Assembly (NCBI GenBank): GCA_051003155.1
Contig: JBPCLO010000051.1
Span: 96,001-160,000 of the forward strand
Length of the DNA stretch: 64,000 bases
Direction of reading: 5' to 3'
Source: Fimbriimonadales bacterium
GTDB taxonomy: Bacteria > Armatimonadota > Fimbriimonadia > Fimbriimonadales > ATM1
Numbering within the stretch: position 1 is the first letter of the stretch; every line of letters starts with the position of its first letter. Positions 26,750 through 37,030 of the stretch are shown one piece after another. Position numbers and translations under genes: made by a program. A model generated the notes under the pieces. The model saw only the letters and a list, made by a program, of their open reading frames with translations, made no database searches and had not been told where the DNA came from.

Positions 26750-29344
26750 TTATGAGGCCAATAGCCACGCTTGCCTTAGGTCCAAGGTCCTGCCTGCGGC
26801 CTCAAGCCTCTGGTATTCTTTCCTTCCCAAGCTTCGCGCAAGTTCCTGTTTGGCGATTCGGCTTGTTTCCTGAATTGCCGGGTGAATACCTCTCTCCACC
26901 CCCGCACGTACTCGATCGACCACCGAAAAGAGCTGAACGGCTGTCGGCTCGTTGCCTGTTTTCGCCGCCGCTATGCCCAAATGCACCAGCGCCAACGTTG
27001 CGCCGTCCGTGTCGGACAGATCGATGAAGATCGGAAGGCATTCGCCCAAGTAGGCTTTCGCGGCTTCGTAATCTTCGAGGTGGACGGCAATCTCACCCAA
27101 CAGCGCCAATGCCTTGCCCACATACCATCGATTGCGCAGATCTCGTTGAATTGCGAGGCTCTCCTCGATGGGTACGCGCGCCTTTGCGTACCGCTGCGAG
27201 TCATAAGCGACGCAGCCGATATTCATTAGCGAGGCGGCCACACGGGCACGATCGCCCAGTTTTCGAGCTATCTCAAGGGCTTGCTCATATCTCTCCCGCG
27301 CCAAATCGAGGTCCCCTCGGTCGCTAGCGACCATGCCAAGGTTGTGGAGTGCCGCGGAGGTGCCGCGATCATCACCCAACAATTTATATAAAGCAAGGGC
27401 TTGGGTGTGAAACTTCTCTGCGCCGTCCAGGTCGCCTTGTGGAAGTGCCAGTACGCCGATTGCATTGTAAGCCGATGCGCGGACATCGTCGGTAACGTGG
27501 CGCGCTCCTACCAACAGGTCGTGCAGCCATTTGCTGCCTTCAGAAAACTGACCGTGGTAATACCAATATCTCCACAGCGAAACGGCCATCTTGAGCGCCG
27601 GCTCGGTTTCATCCAAGTCCAACCCGGACCGCATCGCGGCGCGCAGATTTCCGCGTTCGAGGTCGAGGCGGGACATCCATTCCGCCTGGGCATCTCCGGT
27701 CATGCCTTCTTCAGCCTCGTGTGCGAACGACATGAAATACTGCAGGTGGCGATGGCGGACATCGGCTTCATCGCCGGTCTCGGAAAAACGTTCGAGCGCG
27801 TACTCGCGAATAGTTTCTAGGTACCGATAGCGCAACTCTCCGGCGAGACCCTCTTCGGTCATGACCAGAGACTTGTCGATCAGCGATGCCAAGACGTGGA
27901 TCGGGTCAATTTCCAACCGGCAAACTTGCTCGGCCGCCTCGAGCGTCCACCCGCCCGAGAAAACAGCTAGTTGCCTGAAGAGTCGGCGTTCCTGATCCAC
28001 CAATAGGTCGTAGCTCCAGTCGATAGCCGCGCGCAAGGTCTCGTGCTTGCTCAACTTACTGGGGCTGGCCCGGTGGAGAAGGTCGAGGTGCTTACCTAGA
28101 CGCTCGGCGATTTGCCTCGGGGCGAGAGCCTTTGTCCAACTGGCGGCCACTTCGATTGCAAGGGGCATTCCGTCGAGCCGGCGACATATGGAGGCGACGT
28201 GCGGGGCACTTGCCGAAGTGAGGTTGAACGACGATACAACGGATGCGCGATCGGTGAAGAGCTTGACAGCTGCGCATCGGGTTATGCTGGCCAGGCGGGT
28301 CTCGTCTACATCGGGAACGGACAGGGTTGGAACCCGATAAATCGCCTCGCCGTGTACGTGAACCGGTCCACGACTCGTCAAAACCCACTTGAGATTCGGA
28401 CACTGTGCCGACATGCCGCCAACGAATGCCGAAACACCTTCCAAAAGGTGCTCGCAGTTGTCGATGATCACCAGCGCTTTCTTGGGCTGTAGCCACTCGG
28501 CCAACGCCTCTTCGATTGTCTGACCTGTTCGCTCCGCCACCGAGAATACCGAAGCGACCGCGCCCACTACTGCGTCCTGGTTGGTCAGGGCGTGGAGTTC
28601 GACGAACCACACGCCGTCGACAAACTCTTCCAGAACTTGTTCGCCCAGCTTGAGACCAAGACGCGTTTTGCCACACCCGCCCGGGCCCGTCAGGGTTACG
28701 ATGCGAGACGCACTCAGCAGCTTGTTGATTTCGCGCAGGTCACGATTCCGGCCAATGAAGCTGGTGAGCTGGACCGGCAGGTTGTGGGGGCTCGTGTCCA
28801 GGCCAGCAAGCGGCGGAAAGTCCGCTTTGAGCCCAGGGTGTTCCACCTGATAAATCTCCTCAGGCCCTTCGAGGCCCCTTAGGTGGACCTTGCCTAACGG
28901 CTTTAGATTGGTTGCGGTCGATAGGTTCCCGACGCTATCTCGAACGGAGCGAGACACCAGTATTTGATCACCATACGCCACACCGAGAATTCTCGCACAC
29001 CGATTCAGCGCCGGGCCGTAAAAATCGCCTGCCCTGTCTTGGGCCTCGCCGTCGTGAACGGCCATTCGAACCCGGATTGGAGTCGCCTCGCCCCATATCG
29101 TGGCTCGCAGCCGAAGTTGCGCGTCGATAGCAGCCTGCACCGCATCAGCAGCGCTCTCGAAGCGTGCGAGAACGGAGTCACCTGCGCTCCGGAAAATGCG
29201 TCCGCCCTGCGATTCAACAGCCTCTCGCAGCACACGGTCGTGCTTCTCGAGGTCGACTTCCATACCGGCCGTATCCCTTTCCCAAAGTCCGCAGCTGTCC
29301 TCGATGTCGGTAAAAAGAAAAGTTGCCCTTTCAGAGCCTCCCAT
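26750..29344 (-). CDS. Class III nucleotide cyclase - STAND (NB-ARC-like) NTPase - TPR multidomain protein
   Basis: FLFTDIEDS, GDSV, FYGPALNRCARI cyclase motifs; TSFIGR, GPGGCGKT, IIDNCEH, LDGMPLAIE STAND motifs; C-terminal TPRs; no HTH seen. Confidence 0.92.
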   Translation of the reverse strand: MGGSERATFLFTDIEDSCGLWERDTAGMEVDLEKHDRVLREAVESQGGRIFRSAGDSVLARFESAADAVQAAIDAQLRLRATIWGEATPIRVRMAVHDGEAQDRAGDFYGPALNRCARILGVAYGDQILVSRSVRDSVGNLSTATNLKPLGKVHLRGLEGPEEIYQVEHPGLKADFPPLAGLDTSPHNLPVQLTSFIGRNRDLREINKLLSASRIVTLTGPGGCGKTRLGLKLGEQVLEEFVDGVWFVELHALTNQDAVVGAVASVFSVAERTGQTIEEALAEWLQPKKALVIIDNCEHLLEGVSAFVGGMSAQCPNLKWVLTSRGPVHVHGEAIYRVPTLSVPDVDETRLASITRCAAVKLFTDRASVVSSFNLTSASAPHVASICRRLDGMPLAIEVAASWTKALAPRQIAERLGKHLDLLHRASPSKLSKHETLRAAIDWSYDLLVDQERRLFRQLAVFSGGWTLEAAEQVCRLEIDPIHVLASLIDKSLVMTEEGLAGELRYRYLETIREYALERFSETGDEADVRHRHLQYFMSFAHEAEEGMTGDAQAEWMSRLDLERGNLRAAMRSGLDLDETEPALKMAVSLWRYWYYHGQFSEGSKWLHDLLVGARHVTDDVRASAYNAIGVLALPQGDLDGAEKFHTQALALYKLLGDDRGTSAALHNLGMVASDRGDLDLARERYEQALEIARKLGDRARVAASLMNIGCVAYDSQRYAKARVPIEESLAIQRDLRNRWYVGKALALLGEIAVHLEDYEAAKAYLGECLPIFIDLSDTDGATLALVHLGIAAAKTGNEPTAVQLFSVVDRVRAGVERGIHPAIQETSRIAKQELARSLGRKEYQRLEAAGRTLDLRQAWLLAS

Positions 29345-29514
29345 GCGTTTTCTCGTTGTTCCCGGTTCAATTATACAGATGTGGCGAGTTAGGAATCCAC
29401 GGGCGTGAAATAATTTGTTGCGAGGCCATCCGGGTCGGCTGCCGATTTCCGTTGCTTTATCGTATGATGGTCGGAGGTTTCCGCTTAGCGGGAGCCGCTG
29501 AAGGAGGTTTGATT

Positions 29515-30132
29515 GTGAATTTAAGGAAAGCTGCGACAGTAGCGATCATAGTCGCCGCAGTCGTGTCAGTTACGGTGGCTCAAAGCCAGCCCCGCAGACA
29601 AGGGTCGGGCATGCGGGGAATGATGGGGATGGGTCTGCTGTTCAGGCCCGAGGTCCAAACGGAACTCAAGCTGACGGCCACTCAAAAGAAGAGCCTCGAC
29701 AAAATGCGGACGGACATGATGGCCGGCTTCCGCACGAACAACGCCAAACAGGTCACACCCGACCAACGCCATCTGCAGCTGCAAAAGGCTCAGGCTGGAA
29801 TTACAAAACTACTGACGAAGGCCCAGGCCAAGAGGCTCGACCAGCTGAGACTCCAGCAGTCCGGGGCGTTCGCGCTCACCGATCCCGCGGTCGCCAAGGC
29901 GCTCGCCCTGACAGCAAAGCAGAAGTTGCAACTGACGAAGATTCAAACATCGTCGTTCCGCCCACCCGCGCCCGTCGCTAAGGATTCGGCCCCTCGAAGC
30001 GTAGACCGCGCGGGCCTCGAAACCGCCAAGAAGAAGATGGAAGCTGTGCTGTCTGCCGGCCAGAAGGCCAAGTGGAAGGCAATGCAAGGCAAGCCGTTCA
30101 AGTTTCGAATGCAAGCGCGTCGCGCTGCCTAG
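29515..30132 (+). CDS. Secreted helical protein, Spy/CpxP (LTXXQ)-like
   Basis: AAGGAGG RBS before GTG 29515; signal peptide; repeated LTATQ/LTKAQ/LTAKQ/LSAGQ motifs. Confidence 0.75.
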   Translation: MNLRKAATVAIIVAAVVSVTVAQSQPRRQGSGMRGMMGMGLLFRPEVQTELKLTATQKKSLDKMRTDMMAGFRTNNAKQVTPDQRHLQLQKAQAGITKLLTKAQAKRLDQLRLQQSGAFALTDPAVAKALALTAKQKLQLTKIQTSSFRPPAPVAKDSAPRSVDRAGLETAKKKMEAVLSAGQKAKWKAMQGKPFKFRMQARRAA

Positions 30133-30188
30133 GCTACTAGTTCTTGCACTCGAACTGATGTCCGGAGCGGTCGATTCTTAGCAAGAAC

Positions 30189-30932
30189 GTGATTGCCGGG
30201 ATATTCCTGTTCGCTGGATTTGTGCTGCTCGTTCGAGCCGAATTCGGAACTCGCGCGACCGAGGCGCCCGCGAACATGGTCGCCGGGGGCGAAGCCATGA
30301 TGGGCGCTCGGAGGGTCGTGGCGGTCGTCGCACATCCGGACGACGCCGAGTATTGGATCTCAGGAACCCTAAGCCTGCTCGGCAAGGCCGGAGCACGGGT
30401 GGTGCTGGTCGTCGCGTCTAACGGGGAGAAGGGTCCGAACAAGGTCGGTGCTGCGAACCTTGCGCTTGCCCGCAAAGAAGAACAGTTGGCGGCGGGCCGG
30501 ATTATGGGATACGGCGAGATTCTATTCCTGGACCTGCCCGACAGATCCGTTGTGCAGGATCGGGACCTTAACCGGAAGATTACGCACGTACTCCTGCGGG
30601 AAAATGCTGACCTTGTAATTACTTTCGACGGTCTTAAGCCGCAAATGCCCTACTTGCATCCCGACCATGAAGCTCTCGGGCGCGTTGCCCGCTCGGCAGC
30701 GCTCGAGCTAGGAACCAAGCCGGCCCTTTATCTATTTCATACCAGGCGACCCAATACTGCCGTAGATATTTCGTCAGTCGGAGATGCCAAAATCGCCGCC
30801 TTTGCGGCTCACCGTTCGCAGCACGGGGGAGGCCATCGCGGAGGGCCGGTGAAAGCAAACCGGGCCTCCGGTGCGCGATATGGGCTGCCGCCAGCGGAGC
30901 TCTTCCGCGCAGTCAGACAAGTAATGCGATGA
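30189..30932 (+). CDS. PIG-L/LmbE-family deacetylase
   Basis: VAHPDDAE, SNGEKG, HPDH, AHRSQ motifs; N-terminal hydrophobic segment. Confidence 0.88.
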   Translation: MIAGIFLFAGFVLLVRAEFGTRATEAPANMVAGGEAMMGARRVVAVVAHPDDAEYWISGTLSLLGKAGARVVLVVASNGEKGPNKVGAANLALARKEEQLAAGRIMGYGEILFLDLPDRSVVQDRDLNRKITHVLLRENADLVITFDGLKPQMPYLHPDHEALGRVARSAALELGTKPALYLFHTRRPNTAVDISSVGDAKIAAFAAHRSQHGGGHRGGPVKANRASGARYGLPPAELFRAVRQVMR

Positions 30933-31914
30933 AATCGTATCTGGAAATTACAACTGCGGGCCAATTTCGACGACCCCGAGCCGCCGCCTTGGATGCGTGT
31001 CGACAATTCGGAGTAGATCCCGTCGAAATACGGCCCCTAAATCACGGAGAAAACACGACCTTTCGGGTTACCGAAATGTCGGGAACAAAATCGACCGTCC
31101 GCATCACCGCGCGGGTTATCAGAGTCGAAGTAGCATCAGCTCTGAACTCGCGTTCCTTCGGGATTAAGCGAAAGGACGAGAATAAATGCGCCGGTCCCCC
31201 GACAGACCGCGTGCGGTGAATCAATTGTCGAGGTCCGTGCAAATGGGGTCGAAGGGACCAGGTTGGCAGCTGTATTCGGTTGGATCGAAGGACGATTCGT
31301 AGACGAACGGATCGCTGCGAAGCACCTAGCAGCAACCGGCGAACTAACCGCAACACTGCACAACTTCGCCGAGAGGTATGACTTTCCCAAAGATTTCGAA
31401 CGCCTTTCCTGGAATGACCCGATTCTCTTTCGCGACGACCTACGGCCACGCCTCGATGAGACAGTCAAATCCGACGTTTTCTTTAGCGCGTACGAACTGG
31501 CAATGAAACAAATCGCGGATTATGGGAAGAAGAAGGATTTCGGACTGATTCACGCCGACCTGCATTTCGGAAATGTTTTCTTTTCCAAATCCGGAATCGC
31601 CAGTTATCGATTTCGACGACCTCGGTTGGGCGCATCATGCTTACGACTACGCCGTTACCCTCAGTCAATTTCGTGGCAAGGACAACTTCGAGCACCTTCG
31701 CGAAGCTTATGGGGAAGGCTATTCTAAAGCGCGTCCACTGCCAAAAGACTGGCGGGAGCGTTTGGAGGTATTTATGGCCGCGCGTGTACTGATGATGACG
31801 GAATGGCTTTTTTCGAGAGAGGATAATCCAAGACTGCGCAGTTGGAGGGACAAGATGCTCCCGCGCCGGCACGGGGATCTCGAAAAGTACGTGGCTACAG
31901 GATCGCTGAGATAA
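30929..31914 (+). pseudogene. Frameshifted APH/choline-kinase-like phosphotransferase (type II homoserine kinase-like)
   Basis: Motifs GENTTFRV, IHADLHFGNV and IDFDD fall in different frames; breaks near 31104, 31165-31180 and 31600. Confidence 0.8.
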
Positions 31915-31923
31915 ACTGACATC

Positions 31924-34107
31924 ATGTCCTGGCGCGCGCTTTGGCCCGTCTTGGCGCTTGCACTCATCGCGCTGATCCCTACCGGAAAGTTCATTTTCGG
32001 CGACCTAGTCCCGGCCCCGGTCGATCAGATCCATCTGTTGCCTCCGTGGAACGGTCCGACGCCCGAATCTGATTGGGACACCCTCCAAATCGACGGCGCC
32101 CTGCAGTTCCTGCCATGGCGCGATTTCATGCTCGATTCCATGCGGGCCGGGTGGGTACCCCTGTGGAACCCACATACCTTGGGAGGGACGCCATTTCTGG
32201 CCAATTCACAGAGCGCGCCACTCTATCCGCTCCACTGGCTGTGGCCGCTAGACGCCGAGTCGCTGCTTGGTTTTTCCGCGTGGCTGCACATCTTTGTGGG
32301 CGGTCTCGGCACGTACATACTTTGCCGCCGGCTCGGGGGCAATGAACTTGGCGGAATCATCGGGGGAACCGCATTTCAACTGAGCGCGTTCTTGGTGTCC
32401 TGGATCCAATTGCCCAGCGTCGGTATGACGGCCTCGTGGATACCTTGGTGCCTCTTGGGAGTCCTGAGGCTGTACGAGGAGCCTTCGGCAAGGAGCGTTG
32501 CCAAGCTCGCGATATCTATAGGTTTACTGTTATTAGCGGGCCACATCCAGATTGCGGTTTACGGATTGGTGGCAGCGGGCCTGTACGGCCTATGGCTGAT
32601 CACCTTCGCTGTATTCCGCCGAAGCAAAGACATTGGAAAGATATTGGTCGCGGGGGGCGCTGCGCTGCTGATCGGCTTGTCTATGGCCGCTCCCCAAGTG
32701 GTCCCAAGTGTGCAAAATGCCCTGAACGGACACAGGGTGAGCGCTGCGTCTGAAGCGTCTTGGCAAGCGCACAAGGGCCAAGCACTGCACTCGAATCACC
32801 TTCTCACGCTGTTCATACCGCAGTTCTTCGGCATGCCTCATGATGCAGAGAGCTTCGGACCGATTCTGACAGGCTACTGGCTAGCCTATCAAGAGCCCGG
32901 AAGAAATTACGCGGAGTTGGCTTTGTACGTCGGGCCGGTTGTCCTTCCTCTTGCAATATTCTCTTTTGTCGCGTGGTGGCGCAGGCCCGAACTTGCTTTT
33001 TTCGGTTTACTTACAGCGTTCGGGCTCTTGATCGCCCTGGGCACCTTGGCGGACAAAGCCCTTTATTTTTCCCTTCCTGGCTGGTCTGCAACGGGTTCGC
33101 CTGGGCGCGCCGCGATTCTCGTCGCATTAGGCTTGTGTACTCTCGCGGGAGCTTTTATTAGAGACCACGCCGAAAGGCCTTCTCGCCTCGGGATTCTGAG
33201 CGCTGCCGGAGCCGTCCTGCTGGCCCTGGCGGGAGCCTACGCCGTTCGGCAGGCAATTCCGCCTCAGATCGCAGAGGCATTCGGCCTTCCATCGCTTATT
33301 CCTATCGCCGCATTTGCTATCTCGTTAGTCCTCTTCTTGCTTCGGGGCGCCGCTGCGGCCGCGGTCCTCGCAGTTGCCCAGATCGTCATTCTTGGCGTTA
33401 CGCATCGGGCGATAAACCCCGGGTCCGAGCGCGGCCTCTTCGATAGGGAATTCGCGGGCCTGGAGCAGCTCCAAGGAAAATCGATCGCCGTTGTCAACAA
33501 GCAGTGGTTTTTACTCGGACTCCCGCTAAATCAAAACAGCGTCGCCCCGCCGAACAGCTTGCTTCCTTACAATATCACGGAGATCGGCGGTTACGATTCG
33601 ATTATTCCCAGACCCACGAAGGAGCGGCTCGACGAAGTCAACGGGCAAGACAGCGCCCCCAGGGCCAACGGCAACATGATGCTAATCAAGCCGATCTTCG
33701 AACCCCTGAAGGCGCGCCAGGCCGGCGCCGAGTATGCGATGTCAGCATTCCCTCTCGACCTGGAGGTGGTTTACGAAGGTGCCGGATGGAATCTGTACCG
33801 TCTACCAGGGGAAGACCCGCGCTCGTTTGTGAAGAGCGAAGGCTACACCCAGAAAGTGCTTTCGTGGGCAGGAGCCGGTCGGGAGCAGACACGCAACTGG
33901 CTGAATTCCCCGGCAGGAGACGGCTGGGAGATGAGTTTCCCATCGTACGATTATAAAGCAGGCACAGTGACAGCGACATACAGCCCGCACTCATACCGAG
34001 CCGGCTTCCTTGTCGCGCTATTTGGCATATCGGCCGCTGTTGCGTTATCATGCGTCAGGAGTCGCCGCGATGAGTCACAAACTGGAACCGAAAACCCTCG
34101 ACCCTGA
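31924..34107 (+). CDS. YfhO-like multi-pass membrane protein (GT-C type glycosyltransferase-like)
   Basis: PLWNPHTLGGTPFLAN..YPL, LLAGHIQ and GGYDS motifs; many TM segments. Confidence 0.78.
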   Translation: MSWRALWPVLALALIALIPTGKFIFGDLVPAPVDQIHLLPPWNGPTPESDWDTLQIDGALQFLPWRDFMLDSMRAGWVPLWNPHTLGGTPFLANSQSAPLYPLHWLWPLDAESLLGFSAWLHIFVGGLGTYILCRRLGGNELGGIIGGTAFQLSAFLVSWIQLPSVGMTASWIPWCLLGVLRLYEEPSARSVAKLAISIGLLLLAGHIQIAVYGLVAAGLYGLWLITFAVFRRSKDIGKILVAGGAALLIGLSMAAPQVVPSVQNALNGHRVSAASEASWQAHKGQALHSNHLLTLFIPQFFGMPHDAESFGPILTGYWLAYQEPGRNYAELALYVGPVVLPLAIFSFVAWWRRPELAFFGLLTAFGLLIALGTLADKALYFSLPGWSATGSPGRAAILVALGLCTLAGAFIRDHAERPSRLGILSAAGAVLLALAGAYAVRQAIPPQIAEAFGLPSLIPIAAFAISLVLFLLRGAAAAAVLAVAQIVILGVTHRAINPGSERGLFDREFAGLEQLQGKSIAVVNKQWFLLGLPLNQNSVAPPNSLLPYNITEIGGYDSIIPRPTKERLDEVNGQDSAPRANGNMMLIKPIFEPLKARQAGAEYAMSAFPLDLEVVYEGAGWNLYRLPGEDPRSFVKSEGYTQKVLSWAGAGREQTRNWLNSPAGDGWEMSFPSYDYKAGTVTATYSPHSYRAGFLVALFGISAAVALSCVRSRRDESQTGTENPRP

Positions 34108-34348
34108 CCAAGGATTCCGGGGCGGCTATATTACGATCATTTTCAACAACGATGCGAACAGCTTCGACGAAGTTGTGGCGGTGCTCGTGAGGGCGACATC
34201 CTGCACTATCGAAGAGGCTCAAATCGAAACTTGGGAGGCCCACACGTTCGGAAAGGCAGCGGTTCACTTCGGCTTCGAACCGGAGTGCCGACGAGTGGCG
34301 ACCACCATTTCGCGTATCGGCGTAAGGACAGAAGTACGAGCGGAATGA
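34070..34348 (+). CDS. ClpS-family adaptor, copy 1
   Basis: IIFNNDANSFDEVVAVL...WEAHTFGKAAV. Confidence 0.8.
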   Translation: MSHKLEPKTLDPDQGFRGGYITIIFNNDANSFDEVVAVLVRATSCTIEEAQIETWEAHTFGKAAVHFGFEPECRRVATTISRIGVRTEVRAE

Positions 34349-34653
34349 AGTTACTGGACATCATTGCCGGCCCGGTTATTGTCGAACCGGAGGTCGCGGA
34401 AGAGATCAGCACGGGCTCCGGACGCGGCGGGTGGATCGTCACGGTTTTTAACAATGATTTCAACACCTGGGAAGAGGTTATGACGATCCTCCAGATGGCC
34501 ACAGGCTGCGGTCCGGACGAAGCCTACATCGAGACTTGGGAAATCGACAGTCTGGGTGCCAGCGTCGTTCACAATGCGGGAAAGGCGGAGTGCAGCGAGG
34601 CAGCCGGGGTCATCGGCACAATCGGTATCAAAGTAACGGTTTCAGAAGACTAA
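34345..34653 (+). CDS. ClpS-family adaptor, copy 2
   Basis: TVFNNDFNTWEEVMTIL...WEIDSLGASVV; ATGA overlap with copy 1. Confidence 0.78.
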   Translation: MKLLDIIAGPVIVEPEVAEEISTGSGRGGWIVTVFNNDFNTWEEVMTILQMATGCGPDEAYIETWEIDSLGASVVHNAGKAECSEAAGVIGTIGIKVTVSED

Positions 34654-34689
34654 GATCCCTGCGGTAAACTTGCGGTTCCGGAGGAACAA

Positions 34690-36105
34690 ATGGCAACAAA
34701 ACCGGCCGTCCGCGCCAGCCGCGCGACGCCAAATCGAAACAGCAACGGCAAGCCCCCGTCGAAGGAGGCCGCGAGCATCACCCAGGGCGCCCTGGACGCA
34801 TTTCAGCGGAGCTTCGAGAGCGATCCAAAAAACCGCCTGGCGCTCAATGCGGTCACGAAGACGGCTGTGGCTTCCGTGGCCTCCAATAGGCGAGCCGTGA
34901 TCCAAGCTGACCACGTCTTTTCGCACACGGTGAAGGTCGGCCAGATCACCTCGCAAAACCGCAGTGGCCGCTGCTGGATGTTCGCGGGGCTCAACCCGAT
35001 GCGCGTCGCCGCGATTAAGGCGATGAATACCGACGATAAATTCGAGATTTCCCAGAATTACACAATGTTTTGGGACAAGCTAGAAAAATCGAATTATTTT
35101 CTCGAGAGCATTATTAAGACTGTGAAAGAACCGATTGGCAGCCGGCTGCTCGACCACTTGCTCGCAAGCCCAATCCAAGACGGCGGCCAGTGGGACATGT
35201 TCGTAAATCTCATCAAGAAATACGGCGTGGTACCGAAGTCCGCAATGCCCGAATCCGATAGCAGTAGCAACACGGGCGCCATGAACTCCGCGATCACGCG
35301 GAAATTGCGCGAATACGCTTCGAAGCTCCGAAAATCCGCAGCGAAGAGCGTTGGCGTCGAAGCCCTGCGGCGCGAAAAGAAAAGGATGCTCGAAGAAGTG
35401 TATCGCATGCTCGCTATCCATTTGGGCGAGCCGCCGAGAGAGTTCTACTGGCAATGGCGAGACAAGGATGGCGAGTTTCACCGGGACGGAATGATCACGC
35501 CGCAGGCATTTTTTACGCGCCACGTAAACGACGACATCGACGCTAGGATATGCCTGATACACTGCCCTCAAAGCGGCAAGTCTATGAACACCTTATACAC
35601 GATCGAGTATCTGGGCAACGTCGTAGAAGGCGAAATTATCAAGTACCTGAATGTCGACCTGAAGGTTATCAAGAACGCTGCGATCGAAATGATCTCAGCA
35701 GGAGAGTCGGTGTGGTTCGGATGTGACGTAGGCAAAATGCTCGACCGCGATCTGGGAGTACTCGACATGGACCTCTTCGACTACGAAACCCTCTACGGCA
35801 CGAAATTCGGGTTGGATAAAGCGAGCCGCCTCGATTATGGCGATAGCCAAATGACGCATGCAATGGTATTTGCCGGTGTAGATCTGGACGAGCGTGGCAA
35901 ACCCACGAAATGGCGGGTTGAAAATAGCTGGGGAGACAAAGGCGAAGGTAACGGATTTCTCACGATGACTGACGACTGGTTCGACGAATTCGTATACGAG
36001 GTCGCCGTCGACAGAAAATACCTCTCACAAGAGCATTTGCCGATTCTCAAGACCAAGCCGGTGGCGCTGCCGCCATGGGATCCGATGGGAGCCTTGGCGC
36101 TCTAG
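34690..36105 (+). CDS. pepC: Aminopeptidase C / bleomycin hydrolase (peptidase C1B)
   Basis: QNRSGRCW, DGGQWDM, THAM, VENSWG, PWDPMGALA motifs. Confidence 0.95.
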   Translation: MATKPAVRASRATPNRNSNGKPPSKEAASITQGALDAFQRSFESDPKNRLALNAVTKTAVASVASNRRAVIQADHVFSHTVKVGQITSQNRSGRCWMFAGLNPMRVAAIKAMNTDDKFEISQNYTMFWDKLEKSNYFLESIIKTVKEPIGSRLLDHLLASPIQDGGQWDMFVNLIKKYGVVPKSAMPESDSSSNTGAMNSAITRKLREYASKLRKSAAKSVGVEALRREKKRMLEEVYRMLAIHLGEPPREFYWQWRDKDGEFHRDGMITPQAFFTRHVNDDIDARICLIHCPQSGKSMNTLYTIEYLGNVVEGEIIKYLNVDLKVIKNAAIEMISAGESVWFGCDVGKMLDRDLGVLDMDLFDYETLYGTKFGLDKASRLDYGDSQMTHAMVFAGVDLDERGKPTKWRVENSWGDKGEGNGFLTMTDDWFDEFVYEVAVDRKYLSQEHLPILKTKPVALPPWDPMGALAL

Positions 36106-36106
36106 C

Positions 36107-37030
36107 ATGGTAGAGACGCTCCGGTACCTGCTTCGCGACTCGATCGATTATGCCGGGCTATTCCCGCCTGCCGAGCTACCGGTGAGCGCTGCCGTACCTA
36201 ACTACCTGAAGTACGGATCCAGCCCCGAATCTTGGTTCCTCGGGCGTTTCGTGTGCCCTGCCGCGCGCCTCGCCGAGGTGGACTCCGCGCTATACCGCAT
36301 GGGCTATGACGACCTGTTCCCTGTCTGCGTCATTGGGCGTGGTGGGCAAACGACGGCCGACTTCCTGGCGAACACGATGGCGGACGTCGTAGCTGCCCGG
36401 CGAAGCGGAATTCCCGTTATCGAGGCCTTCGAAGCGTCACTTCCGAAGAGCCTTCTCGGGAGTTCGGACCTTGGCGCCGTCGTTCGCCGCGTTGCCCGAT
36501 ATCTCGAAGCGCAAGAGTTGTACTTAGAAGTTCCTTTTTCCGATAATTGGAAGGCGGACGTCCCGAAGGCCATCGAGACGATCAAGAATACGGGAGTTAG
36601 CAACGCCAAAATTCGCACGGGCGGCATGGTCGCGTCCGCATTCCCGACTGTCGAGCAAACCGCTCTATTTATTTATGAATGCGCCAAGGCGAAGCTCCCC
36701 TTCAAGGCGACCGCAGGCCTGCACCATCCCGTTCGCGCATATCGGGAGGAAACGAAGTGCGAAATGCATGGATTCCTCAATGTCTTCGTCGCCTCTGCGG
36801 TAGCCGCCACGTTCTCACCGAGCCTTTCCATGATCGAGGAGATTATTGCCCAGCAGGATCCGGCAGCGTTCCAATTTGTGCAGCAACGTCTTAGGTATGG
36901 CACCTTCCACCTTTCCTCCGAAAAAATAGTGAAGTCGAGGCAGCTCATGCGCAGCTTCGGATCGTGTTCAGTCGCGGCACCGATCGAAGACCTCGACGCA
37001 CTTGGACATTCGCTTAGGAGGATGGGATGA
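36107..37030 (+). CDS. Conserved hypothetical protein of the type found beside fumarylacetoacetase
   Basis: IDYAGLFPPA, KIRTGG, FKATAGLHHP, HGFLNV, SFGSCS motifs. Confidence 0.75.
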   Translation: MVETLRYLLRDSIDYAGLFPPAELPVSAAVPNYLKYGSSPESWFLGRFVCPAARLAEVDSALYRMGYDDLFPVCVIGRGGQTTADFLANTMADVVAARRSGIPVIEAFEASLPKSLLGSSDLGAVVRRVARYLEAQELYLEVPFSDNWKADVPKAIETIKNTGVSNAKIRTGGMVASAFPTVEQTALFIYECAKAKLPFKATAGLHHPVRAYREETKCEMHGFLNVFVASAVAATFSPSLSMIEEIIAQQDPAAFQFVQQRLRYGTFHLSSEKIVKSRQLMRSFGSCSVAAPIEDLDALGHSLRRMG

